Positions 31,217 through 39,966 of a stretch of DNA of 64,000 bases are shown piece after piece. How positions within the stretch are numbered: position 1 is the first letter of the stretch; each line of letters opens with the position of its first letter. The DNA lies in assembly GCA_963781585.1 (NCBI GenBank), contig CAWAGQ010000006.1:1-64000 (forward strand), written 5' to 3'. Origin of the DNA: an uncultured Gemmatimonadaceae bacterium (GTDB lineage Bacteria; Gemmatimonadota; Gemmatimonadetes; Gemmatimonadales; Gemmatimonadaceae). The notes under the pieces are model-generated. The model was not told the origin of the DNA, ran no database searches, and worked only from the letters and a program-made list of their open reading frames with translations. The translations under genes were made by a program, and so were the position numbers.

Positions 31217-31437
31217 TCGCGACCGGTGGTCAGACGACCGCGCGTGACCGGCTCGCCCAGAAGCACTTCCACAAGCTCGAGCGTGGATCGCTCCGGATAG
31301 CGCAGGCGGAGGCGAGACAATGCGAGCTCGCGCATCGTCTCGCTGTCGGCCAGCGCCCGACGCAGACGGTCCACGGGAGGGGTCCGGAGGATCGCCTCAC
31401 GCGCGACGGCTGCAGCGTCCGGTGACGTGTCGGTCAT
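31213..31437 (-). CDS. Small partner protein (putative antitoxin) of the nucleotidyltransferase
   Basis: MTDTSPDA...RLRRAL...RLRYP; stop codon overlaps the partner start codon. Confidence 0.7.
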   Translation of the reverse strand: MTDTSPDAAAVAREAILRTPPVDRLRRALADSETMRELALSRLRLRYPERSTLELVEVLLGEPVTRGRLTTGRE

Positions 31438-31735
31438 TTGGCAGGAAGATCCTGGTGGCCGGACGCGCGCCGAGGCGCTGGTGCAGCAGGAATCCCGGAG
31501 GTCATGCGGGGAAAGATACCGCCCGACTCTCGGCGCGGTTACTGCGGCCGACATGTCACTCCCACGCCTCGAGACGTCTCCCAGAGGGCCGCGCCACCTG
31601 GTCCGGCAGGCACGTTCCTCGAACGCGGGCGGAGTGATTCCATCGAGGTGCGGCGCAGACGGCCACCTCGAACGTTGTTCCAGGGTCAGCGGCGCCGAGT
31701 CGGTCAGACAGCCATCCAGGAGCGCACGGCGGTGG

Positions 31736-32191
31736 CTACAGCGCGCTGTCCATCGTCGCCGGATGGGCGCGGAGCCATTCGAGTAGCGCATCAAGCAGGC
31801 GTTCCACATCGCCGAGCTGGTCCCGGCAGATGAGGCGGAGTTCCTCGTCACCGACGGCGTGATAGAAGTGCACCATTCGGTTGCGATAGCCTGCAAGCCG
31901 GAGCATGAGTGCCGCGTCGGCCGTATCGAGGACGTGTACCTCCGCCAGCGTGTCGGCGATCGCCTTGTACTCAGCCACGCCACGTCCGAAGCCCTTGGCG
32001 AGGATGTGGCGACCGAGATCGAGCAGCGCCTCCAGCGCACGGCGCAGGAATGATTCGGCGGCGGCGACCGTTCGAGGATCGGCGCGAAAGTCGGCGGCAT
32101 CCAGCGGCAGCGCGCGAATCGCCGCGATCATGCGTCGAATCCGCGCCGCCCGGTCGGCCACGACGCCCGCGCTGATCGGCGCCGGCGTCAT
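31736..32191 (-). CDS. HEPN (DUF86/HepT-like) toxin
   Basis: RNRMVH (Rx4H) motif; coupled to the MNT gene. Confidence 0.87.
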   Translation of the reverse strand: MTPAPISAGVVADRAARIRRMIAAIRALPLDAADFRADPRTVAAAESFLRRALEALLDLGRHILAKGFGRGVAEYKAIADTLAEVHVLDTADAALMLRLAGYRNRMVHFYHAVGDEELRLICRDQLGDVERLLDALLEWLRAHPATMDSAL

Positions 32192-32625
32192 CGTCCGCCG
32201 CCGCGCAACACGAGCTCCCGCCGCTCGCGCTCCAGCGGGGCCAGATCGCCAGCGCGGCGCAGAATGAACAACTCGTACTCTGCCTGATCGACCGGATCCG
32301 CGCGGTAAAGCAGATTGCCCCGGATGACCGCCAACGCGAGGAACGGGCCCGCCTCCGTCACGACCAGCAGATCCACCTGTTTCACCCCAAGGGCATGCTC
32401 GAGCGCGAGCGTCAACTCGACGCGTTCTGCCGGAGTCAACAGGCGATCGCGCACCGGTCTGACGGCGATATCGACGTCGGAGTCGGTCTGGGCCGCGGTA
32501 TCGGCGTGCGGGGCGCCGGTCGCGATCTCGCCGGCGCGGCTGCCGAAGACGTAGATGTCGGCCAGGCCGAACTGCGTGGCGATCGCTTCGAGCCGCACCG
32601 GAGGGCTCTCGCTGGTGGGTGCCAT
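32188..32625 (-). CDS. Minimal nucleotidyltransferase antitoxin (MntA-like)
   Basis: YVFGSRA...DSDVDIAV and VDL motifs. Confidence 0.87.
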   Translation of the reverse strand: MAPTSESPPVRLEAIATQFGLADIYVFGSRAGEIATGAPHADTAAQTDSDVDIAVRPVRDRLLTPAERVELTLALEHALGVKQVDLLVVTEAGPFLALAVIRGNLLYRADPVDQAEYELFILRRAGDLAPLERERRELVLRGGGR

Positions 32626-32788
32626 GGCGGGAATCCTACCCGACGGCGTGGGCGCCGCCAAGTTGGCTTGTGCGGGAGGCCTTCCAGCGCCGATCGCCGG
32701 GCCGACGACAGGGACAGCGCCGGCGCTGCGGCTCGATGTCGTCGGTCTTCCTGCCACCGTGGCGCTCGCGTTACAGTCGTTAGGCTCT

Positions 32789-33127
32789 TCAGGTCGCGAT
32801 GATCTCATTGAGTCCGTCGATCACCGACTCGAGGTCCTCAGGTGAGGCGCGGCCCAGACGTCTCCCCAGGCGTTGGACCGAGAGTGTACGGACCTGACTG
32901 ATCTTGACCCAGGACCGCTTCGGCAGGCCGCGGCTCTGCAGTTCCAACGTGAGGGGGAAGCCCGCTCGTTGCGGCTGCGACGTGAGTGCCACCGCGATCA
33001 CTGTCCCGGAGCGTTCATTGAACACGTCGTGACTGAGGATCAGAACCGGTCGCAGTCCCGCCTGCTCGCGCCCGCGCGTGGGATTCAGATTGGCCCACCG
33101 GACCTCCCCTCTCAGTATTCGGGCCAT
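32789..33127 (-). CDS. PemK/MazF-family toxin
   Basis: RGEVRWANLNPTRGREQAGLRPVLILS and SQVRTLS motifs. Confidence 0.92.
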   Translation of the reverse strand: MARILRGEVRWANLNPTRGREQAGLRPVLILSHDVFNERSGTVIAVALTSQPQRAGFPLTLELQSRGLPKRSWVKISQVRTLSVQRLGRRLGRASPEDLESVIDGLNEIIAT

Positions 33128-33354
33128 GCTTGCAGGTCGGCTCCCAACCCTTCGTCCGCGAGGCGTTGCTCGTCCGCGGCCTCCAGTTTGGCGCATTCGG
33201 CGGCCAATTGACGCCGATCCAGCCGTGCCAAGGTGTCGGTCACCGCGGCTTCGATTGCCTGGCTGCGATTCCGGAACTGTGCCGAGCGCACCAGTCGGTC
33301 GAGCCGCTGGAGGGTGGTGGCGTCGAGGGTGACGGCAACCTTGGCTTTCGGCAT
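33112..33354 (-). CDS. Ribbon-helix-helix antitoxin
   Basis: MPKAKVAVTLD...NRSQAIEAAV; overlaps the toxin start. Confidence 0.88.
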   Translation of the reverse strand: MPKAKVAVTLDATTLQRLDRLVRSAQFRNRSQAIEAAVTDTLARLDRRQLAAECAKLEAADEQRLADEGLGADLQAWPEY

Positions 33355-33367
33355 CAGGACCTGCTCA

Positions 33368-33390
33368 GAGTATGATGTTTCATCATACTC
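33368..33390. promoter_or_regulatory. TA autoregulatory operator palindrome
   Basis: Perfect GAGTATGATG-ttt-CATCATACTC 13 bp upstream of the antitoxin ATG. Confidence 0.75.
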
Positions 33391-33562
33391 GATCTGATCG
33401 CCCCCCGTCAACCTGTGGGGCGGTCACGCCCGTCGTTCGTCATCGCGGCTCGGCGAGCTCAATGGCGGCTCTTGAACCGCTGATGATGTGCGAGAGTCCG
33501 GCTGTTGGGAATCTGCCCGTGTGCCTGCCTGCTGATGCCCCCGGGCAGTCCGGTTTCACAAG

Positions 33563-33605
33563 TTCTCCAGAAATCCACGCCCTTTGCCAGAAATTGACGT
33601 TGTGT
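33563..33605 (+). promoter_or_regulatory. CCAGAAA direct-repeat operator, copy 1
   Basis: TTCTCCAGAAA...TTGCCAGAAATTGACGT, half-sites at 33567 and 33587. Confidence 0.7.
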
Positions 33606-33785
33606 GCCTGATTGACCGTACCATAATGTACGAGCCCGCGACGGCGCGAGCATGATGAGTCAGCGATGGCGCGAGCAATTGCCGGGTCAGCCGCAAATGG
33701 TACGGCCATACGGCTGTCGATTCCTGACATCCATGTCGTGGCGACTGCCGCGAACGGCGCGCTAATTCTTCTGGAGGACACTGTC

Positions 33786-34076
33786 ATGACGGATCATCGA
33801 CTTCTGGTTCGGGCTGGGGTAGTCTTCGTGATTGGGCTGATCGCGATGCAAACGGGTCCCTCCAGTGCGCGCGCCGCCCCCGTTCTCGATGGATGCGATA
33901 GTCACGCGGCCTGCGCCTGTACGACGCTGGAGCCCGACTGCTTCTGGCTTGAGTACTTCGGTGAAGGCGACGCCGCCTGCCACGCCGCAGGCCTCGGCGA
34001 CTACTTGGGCTGCGTCGATCCACCGAATGAGATGTGCGGTGGTCAAGCGCTGATGGTGCGCTGTAACGTGGAGTGA
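33786..34076 (+). CDS. Secreted 8-Cys acidic peptide (96 aa)
   Basis: GGAGGA RBS; signal peptide ending ARA; spacing C-5-C-1-C-6-C-12-C-10-C-7-C-8-C. Confidence 0.82.
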   Translation: MTDHRLLVRAGVVFVIGLIAMQTGPSSARAAPVLDGCDSHAACACTTLEPDCFWLEYFGEGDAACHAAGLGDYLGCVDPPNEMCGGQALMVRCNVE

Positions 34077-34939
34077 TCAATGGCACTCCCTGCATGATCT
34101 TGCTGGAACCTGAGCACTCGGTGTCGGAGGTAATGCTCGCCTCGGCACGCCGTGGCCAGTTGATTCAAGCGAGGCTTGGTGCGGCAGCCATACTCCTGGC
34201 CCAATCGGCTGCGGCGCAAAGCGGCAGCCTGATCGGACGCATCTCGTCGGACTCCCTCAGGGGCGGCGCCATTGCGGCGGAAATCACCCTGCCGGCGCTT
34301 CACGCCGTCGCACACACGGACTCCCGCGGCCGCTACCGGGTAAGCGGGCTCGTGCCGGGACGGTATCTGGTCGAGGCACGGGCCGTCGGATTCAAGATGT
34401 CGGCCGACAGTGTGGACATTCCACGATCTGGGGAGGCGGTGCACGACTTCGCCCTCACGCGGTTTGTCGCCGCGCTGCCTCCCGTCGTGACGACGACTCC
34501 GGAAGTCCGGTACGTGTCGCCGGGGCTGCGGGGCTTCGAGACACGACGCCATCGCGGCTTCGGCCACTTCCTTGCCGAGGACATGCTTCGGAAGCATGAC
34601 GATGACCGGCTGTCCGATCTGTTGAGCACGCGGATCCCAGGGCTGTCAGTACAGCGCGCGAGCCAGAACGCGGCGTATGTCGCGTCGAGCCGGAAGCCGG
34701 AGGGTGGCGTTCGAGCCTTCGGCGGCGGTGGCCGGCCGATTCCCTGCTACGCGACGATCTACCTGGACGGTGCACTCCTCTACGACCCGACGCTCTCCGC
34801 GCAGCCGCCGCCCGACATCAACCAATTCACTGTCCATCAGTTGGGCGGGGTCGAGTTCTACGCAGGTTCGGCCACCACGCCGGAAGGGTTCAGGGTTTCG
34901 CCCTGCGGCACGCTGTTGCTGTGGACGCGTGAGCGCTGA
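34073..34939 (+). CDS. Carboxypeptidase-regulatory-like plus plug-like protein (start may be 34133)
   Basis: TDSRGRY, ARAVGF, GFETRR, IYLDG, GVEFY and CGTLLLWTR motifs. Confidence 0.85.
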   Translation: MINGTPCMILLEPEHSVSEVMLASARRGQLIQARLGAAAILLAQSAAAQSGSLIGRISSDSLRGGAIAAEITLPALHAVAHTDSRGRYRVSGLVPGRYLVEARAVGFKMSADSVDIPRSGEAVHDFALTRFVAALPPVVTTTPEVRYVSPGLRGFETRRHRGFGHFLAEDMLRKHDDDRLSDLLSTRIPGLSVQRASQNAAYVASSRKPEGGVRAFGGGGRPIPCYATIYLDGALLYDPTLSAQPPPDINQFTVHQLGGVEFYAGSATTPEGFRVSPCGTLLLWTRER

Positions 34940-35264
34940 CTCGCGCGCATCCGTCCCACCCAGCATTCCTGTAACGATCGCACCGGGCGATCTCGCCACG
35001 TGGTCGCCGACTCGGGCCGGACCGTGAGTCTGTCCCCTCCTCCCGCAGGCTGTCCCGCGCGAATCACACTGACCTGAACGGGCGCGTGTCGGACGACCCT
35101 GAGCCAGACACGCGGGCCGATGGTCCAGACACTGGAAGTGATCCGGGACGTGACGACGCCAGAGTTCTGGCAGGCTTGACTCCGGAAGCCGGGACGTCGC
35201 AGAGTGTGGGGGAGCGGCTTCCGCGCTTGCGCGACCGCCTCGTCGTCATGCAGGTGAGGTATCG

Positions 35265-36125
35265 ATGTCCACTTCATCCTCGTCGCGGTCAGTGCCTGAC
35301 ACAGGCTCACGGCGGGGAGCGGGCGACCGCGTTTCGCTCGAACAGCAGGTGCCCCGGGTGCCTGAGATCGTCGTGGACCTGGAAGCGCGCCCGCTGTGGA
35401 ACGAGATGGCGGAGGCGTTGGGCGCGATTACGGCGCGATTCATCGACGTGGCCGCAGCGGTACGCGAGGTCGATTCCGACGATGTTGGGCCTGCCTCCCT
35501 CGTCCTGTTGAGCGGGCGCACTGCGGACGGCGCGCCGAGCGAGCTGACGGTGCGCCGGCTGCGGACGCTGAACGTACACGTGCCCGTGTTGGTCGCCGTG
35601 GTCAACGTTCGGATGCGCGACGTTCCGGTGAAGGCCTACGCGCGCGCCGGCGTCGATGCCCTCTTCCTGATGGACATTCCCTTCGAGCGTGGGGAATTCG
35701 TGAAGGAGCTGCGCGCGCGACTCACGCTGCCCGTCCCTGCGCGCCTGCTCGATGCCCTCGGACGACTCCTCAGGCCGGGGGTCGGCAGGACGATCGGGTG
35801 CTGGTGCATGCGCAATGCTACGCGGACGTGTCCCGTGCGTCGCGTGGTCGACTACTTCCGAGTCGATGAGAGGCGGCTGGATAAGGAGGTGGAGACCCTC
35901 GGCCTTCCCCCGGTGGGGACGCTTCTCAGGCTCGGGTGTCACCATCGTGCGCTCGAGCTGGAAGCGAGCGGCGCGCTCTCCATGGAAGGGATTGCGGAGC
36001 AACTGGGTTTTCCCGACGCCAAGTCGCTGGCAGCAATGCGGCGGCACCTGCGAGGGTCACCACGTCTGGCAGCAGTCGCGTCGCCCATTCGGGAGCTTCT
36101 GATGATGGGGTTGGAGGAAGTTTAA
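35265..36125 (+). CDS. AraC-type regulator with degenerate receiver-like domain (start uncertain)
   Basis: RAGVDALF and SMEGIAEQLGFPD; paralog of 7141..7980. Confidence 0.72.
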   Translation: MSTSSSSRSVPDTGSRRGAGDRVSLEQQVPRVPEIVVDLEARPLWNEMAEALGAITARFIDVAAAVREVDSDDVGPASLVLLSGRTADGAPSELTVRRLRTLNVHVPVLVAVVNVRMRDVPVKAYARAGVDALFLMDIPFERGEFVKELRARLTLPVPARLLDALGRLLRPGVGRTIGCWCMRNATRTCPVRRVVDYFRVDERRLDKEVETLGLPPVGTLLRLGCHHRALELEASGALSMEGIAEQLGFPDAKSLAAMRRHLRGSPRLAAVASPIRELLMMGLEEV

Positions 36126-36217
36126 GGGCCATCGCAGGGTGCGGTGTACCACACCGGCATAGCCGGATGTGACGACAACGTGGCGCCACGGGACCGGTGA
36201 CTTCACGCGTTCAAATA

Positions 36218-36260
36218 TTCTCCAGAAAGTTGCGCCATTCGCCAGAAAGTGACGTGGTGT
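36218..36260 (+). promoter_or_regulatory. CCAGAAA direct-repeat operator, copy 2
   Basis: TTCTCCAGAAAGTTGCGCCATTCGCCAGAAAGTGACGT, half-sites at 36222 and 36242. Confidence 0.75.
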
Positions 36261-36334
36261 GCTGGGGGCTGCCAGTCGTAGCTTGGCACAACATGATGTT
36301 ATCCGTGAACTCTTGAACGGCATGGAGGCGTATC

Positions 36335-36595
36335 ATGTCGCAGCATCCCGTGCTCGTGCGCGCCGCGTTAGTGGTATTGATCGCGGCATTGTCGCTTATC
36401 TCACCGGCCCGCGCCGTTGCCGGCTCGGCGATGGTCTGCGCGACCATTTGCGGTGCTTGGATCATGTGCCCGGACGAGTTCGACCGCGACAACATGTGCT
36501 TCCAAGCTTGCGGCACCTTTTCGGTGACGGGGTGCTACATCTCCGGGGATCCAGGCTGCGAGCCTGGTTGGATTGCCTTCGACTGCGCCGGATAG
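36335..36595 (+). CDS. Secreted 8-Cys acidic peptide (86 aa)
   Basis: GGAGG RBS; signal peptide ending ARA/AVA; spacing C-3-C-5-C-9-C-3-C-7-C-7-C-8-C. Confidence 0.85.
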   Translation: MSQHPVLVRAALVVLIAALSLISPARAVAGSAMVCATICGAWIMCPDEFDRDNMCFQACGTFSVTGCYISGDPGCEPGWIAFDCAG

Positions 36596-36703
36596 ACGGT
36601 CGTTCGTTAGGGCTCTCTACCCTACCGCACGAGGTCGTTGCTGGGCGGTACGCTCAACAGCGGGTCGAAAAGAGACCCGGCGCTCTTGACTGAGGACGCG
36701 GTT

Positions 36704-37405
36704 ATGCGTGATCGACTCGACAGGTGGGCGACGCCGGTCCTGCTGCTCGTGGCGCTCATAATGGCGGGAGCGGCATTGCGGCGGGAACTGCGAACACCGG
36801 CCACCGTCGCCGCAGCTAATAGCCGTCCAATAGCGCCGCCTCAGTATTATACGGAGTGGATGGGTCTCCTAGCGAGCGGCGTGCTCATCGGGGACTCCGC
36901 CGCGCCAGTGAAGGTGATCGAGTTCGCCGATCTTGAGTGCCCCGTCTGCCGGCAGTTTCACGAAAGATTGGCTGAGACACGGAGAAAGTTCCGCGACAAG
37001 GTCGCTATCGTTTTTGTCCATTACCCGCTATCATATCATCGCTTTGCACGCCCCGCGGCCCGCGCCGCCGAGTGTGCCTCGAGACAAGATAGGTTTGCCG
37101 AGTATGTGGACGTCGTCTACCGAAAACAAGATTCGCTCGGGTTGAAGTCGTGGGCGTCCTACGGTTCTGACGCGGCAGTCGCAGACACCGGCGCCCTCGC
37201 CCTCTGTGCGAGAGATACTGCACAGGTGACGCGGATCGAGCGGGGCGTGCAACTGGGATCGCATCTGGAAGTCCGTGGCACTCCTACAGTGCTGGTCAAC
37301 GGTTGGCGCTTCGCTGAGCCGCCGGGCGATTCAGTGCTGACTGAAGCAATTGCGAGGCTCCTAGCCGGCAAGTCGCTGTCGGCCAGACGCGCGACGGGTT
37401 CCTAA
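36704..37405 (+). CDS. Membrane-anchored DsbA/BdbD-like oxidoreductase
   Basis: EFADLECPVC, HYPL and VRGTPTVLVNG motifs. Confidence 0.9.
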   Translation: MRDRLDRWATPVLLLVALIMAGAALRRELRTPATVAAANSRPIAPPQYYTEWMGLLASGVLIGDSAAPVKVIEFADLECPVCRQFHERLAETRRKFRDKVAIVFVHYPLSYHRFARPAARAAECASRQDRFAEYVDVVYRKQDSLGLKSWASYGSDAAVADTGALALCARDTAQVTRIERGVQLGSHLEVRGTPTVLVNGWRFAEPPGDSVLTEAIARLLAGKSLSARRATGS

Positions 37406-37407
37406 GC

Positions 37408-38505
37408 GTGACGATGCACGACAGCCAACCTGCGCTTTCTCACCACGGCGGCTCTCGCACGGGCCGAGGTGTCTTCAAAGGTGCGCAGGTTCGAGTGGAA
37501 CCGCGGCGATTGCCCGCTCGGAGCACGAACAAATGTGGGGGTGAGACGCCGGTCGAATCGCTCGGCAGCTGGACAACTCGCTTCGTCAAGAGCGTCATTA
37601 CACTCGTGCGCCGATGTATCTCGAGCCCTCGGCTGCACGCGGTCGTATGTCTCGCACTGGGACTACCGGAGACGAAGAACGAGGCTCTGGCCCAGTCGCC
37701 GAAGCTCACTGTTTCCGTTCTGGTCTCCGATACCGTGCGGAAGGGTCTCGCGGACGTAGAGGTGTTCCTCATCCAAGACACGATCGGCGCCGTCATCGCG
37801 GGACGCACTGACGCGGCTGGGCGCTACGTGTTTGCGATCGATGCGGGCAGCGGTCACTACGCTGTTGCCGCCAGGAAGGTCGGCTTCTCTCCTGCCCGAA
37901 CCGACGTTCCGTCAACGCGCCAGGACACCGTTCAACTTGAACTCGTGCTCCTCGCCGTGCCCGCGATCGAGCTGGATCCTGTCCGCATCGCCGCTGCGCC
38001 ACGCGGCAAGAACTACTTTCTCGACTCCGCGGAGATCGCGCGCACAACTCGCCGTACCATTCTGAACGCCTACGATGCGCTGCGGAGACTGCGGCCGGAC
38101 ATGCTGGGCGATCGCGGACGATGCCAGGAGCCCGTCGATAATGTCTGGGTGAACGGGCGCCGCGTGCTCTGGATGGCGCGATTTCAGCCGGGTTATCCTT
38201 CGACGTCTGCGCTCACGAGTTCCGCCAGGCGAGGGACTGTGGTGCGAGTCGCCGCGTCAAGGGAACCCGCCATCGTCGACTCGATCCTGGCCTCGATCAA
38301 GAGGGAGCACATCGCGGAGATCCGATACGTGAACTGCTGGGACCACTCAATGGCTGGAATGGGCACGAGCAACGCGGTTTTCGTCGTCCTGAAGCCGGGC
38401 GTGGCGTTCGACTGGTTTCGAGGGAGCTATGTCGATACGGCGGACACGCTTCCCAGAAGACCTCCCCAACGACTGGAGCTGACCCGACTTCGTAGAGAGA
38501 GCTGA
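37408..38505 (+). CDS. Carboxypeptidase-regulatory-like plus divergent plug-like protein (true start probably later)
   Basis: TDAAGRY, ARKVGF, VWVNG, IAEIRYV and NAVFVVLK motifs. Confidence 0.75.
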   Translation: MTMHDSQPALSHHGGSRTGRGVFKGAQVRVEPRRLPARSTNKCGGETPVESLGSWTTRFVKSVITLVRRCISSPRLHAVVCLALGLPETKNEALAQSPKLTVSVLVSDTVRKGLADVEVFLIQDTIGAVIAGRTDAAGRYVFAIDAGSGHYAVAARKVGFSPARTDVPSTRQDTVQLELVLLAVPAIELDPVRIAAAPRGKNYFLDSAEIARTTRRTILNAYDALRRLRPDMLGDRGRCQEPVDNVWVNGRRVLWMARFQPGYPSTSALTSSARRGTVVRVAASREPAIVDSILASIKREHIAEIRYVNCWDHSMAGMGTSNAVFVVLKPGVAFDWFRGSYVDTADTLPRRPPQRLELTRLRRES

Positions 38506-38765
38506 ACTGGGTTTTCCTGACGCCAAGTCGCTGGCAGCAATGCGGCGGCACCTGCGCCGCTCACCGCCCTTGAAAGCAGTAGCGCCGCCCATTCGGAAGC
38601 TTCTGATGATGGGGTTGGGCCAGAGGCGCACGGATCGGTAGTCTGACAGGGCGGTGTGGCGCCATCTCCAGAACGTGACGAGCAAACGCGGCTCCACCGG
38701 TCCTGCCCTCCACCGATTCGAATCTTCTCCAGAATGTTGCGCCATTCGCCAGAAAGTGACGTGGT
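38505..38765 (+). repeat. Diverged duplicate of 36001..36260 (AraC 3' remnant plus operator copy 3)
   Basis: AACTGGGTTTTCCyGACGCCAAGTCGCTGGCAGCAATGCGGCGGCACCTGCG is shared; CCAGAA half-sites at 38729 and 38749. Confidence 0.92.
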
Positions 38766-38928
38766 AGCTTTGCAGTGCCAAGCCTATCCTGTGCACACCA
38801 ACGGGCTTGTTAGGGCGACAGGGGCATCGCAGGCGACGCCACGGATGGGTGGCTGCCGTACGCTGCCGCTCGCGCCGTGACCGTAGCAGCGGGACGCCTG
38901 GCGGTACTGGGAGAGGCAGGAGACGCCC

Positions 38929-39579
38929 ATGGTCGTTCGGTCTCGAAGCGGGAGTATTCGAAGCGCCGCGATGGATCTTACGCTGGTTGCCGCCGTGATT
39001 GTGGTGGCGTTCACCGTGGTCTCGAAGAACAGGCCACATCGTGTTCTCATTGCGCAGCGCGACTGGTCCGCGCTTCTCGCGACTGATCTGGTCAGCGGCC
39101 CGCCAACGGCAAAGGTCACCGTGGTGGAGTTCGTGGACTACCAGTGCCCGGTCTGCGCGACGCTGGAGCCCGTTCTGGCCGCGCTCCAACGAGAATACCC
39201 GAAATCTCTTCGTCGCGTTGTGCATCACTTTCCGATCCCGCGATTGCATCCGGACGCCGTATTGGCCTCCGCGGCGGTGCAGTGCGCGGCGCGCCAGGGC
39301 CGCTTCGCACAAATGCACGCCGCCGTACTGGCTCACCAGGAGATGGTCGGGAAGCCCGCTGGCATCGACTCACTTACTCAGCTCGCGAGGATTCCGGATT
39401 ACCCGGCGTTGACAGATTGCATGCGCCTTGCCCGGACGGACACGGTGATCGGTAACGACCGGTCTTTTGGCGCCAGCATCGGTGTGACGGGAACGCCCGC
39501 TTTCATCGTGAATCGGGAGTGGCTCCAGGGCGTGAGCGCGCCCGAATTGAGGACGTTCTTGTTGGCGAGGCTGAACTGA
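38929..39579 (+). CDS. Membrane-anchored DsbA/BdbD-like oxidoreductase
   Basis: EFVDYQCPVC, HFPI and GVTGTPAFIVN motifs. Confidence 0.9.
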   Translation: MVVRSRSGSIRSAAMDLTLVAAVIVVAFTVVSKNRPHRVLIAQRDWSALLATDLVSGPPTAKVTVVEFVDYQCPVCATLEPVLAALQREYPKSLRRVVHHFPIPRLHPDAVLASAAVQCAARQGRFAQMHAAVLAHQEMVGKPAGIDSLTQLARIPDYPALTDCMRLARTDTVIGNDRSFGASIGVTGTPAFIVNREWLQGVSAPELRTFLLARLN

Positions 39580-39619
39580 GGATGCGGGAACGTCACCTTC
39601 AGAAAGGGAGGAATTCACG

Positions 39620-39910
39620 ATGTTTACCTATCGCCGCCGGCTACTGATCGCGGCACTCACGATGATCAGCTCCGCCAGTTTGCTCACGCGAACGGCGGCC
39701 TCGATGACCCCTGGTTGCCCTGAGAGCTGGAATGACCCGAATGGAGTGGACGGGTGGTCGCTCATGTTCCTTTGTGGAATGCAGGGGCCCTCCAACACGG
39801 GCTGCTATTACAACGGCATTGCAGACCCTCAGTGGGGCACTCTCAACTGCGACAACTATGAGTTCTATCCGGGCGGGTGTGATCAGCGCGGCTGCATGGT
39901 GACGGATTGA
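39620..39910 (+). CDS. Secreted 6-Cys acidic peptide (96 aa)
   Basis: GGGAGGA RBS; signal peptide; spacing C-18-C-9-C-14-C-9-C-4-C. Confidence 0.85.
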   Translation: MFTYRRRLLIAALTMISSASLLTRTAASMTPGCPESWNDPNGVDGWSLMFLCGMQGPSNTGCYYNGIADPQWGTLNCDNYEFYPGGCDQRGCMVTD

Positions 39911-39966
39911 CCATCCAAGGTCGAGCCTGGCGTCGCTGGCCAATCGAAGCGCAGTCTCCATGAAGG

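Noticed and set aside
33420..33490. Third AraC 3' remnant (CTGATGATG, LEPLMM) before operator 1
   Set aside because: Similarity is limited to about 9 bp and the spacing to the operator differs from the other two copies.
32778..38815. Integron attC sites (GTTAGGC/GTTAGGG fit the GTTRRRY core) around the cassettes
   Set aside because: No paired upstream RYYYAAC inverse cores or integrase were seen, and the same motif lies inside housekeeping genes.
33786..39910. Lanthipeptide, ranthipeptide or sactipeptide precursors
   Set aside because: The leaders are Sec-type rather than double-Gly or Nif11, and no LanM/LanBC, radical SAM or C39 transporter occurs in the window.
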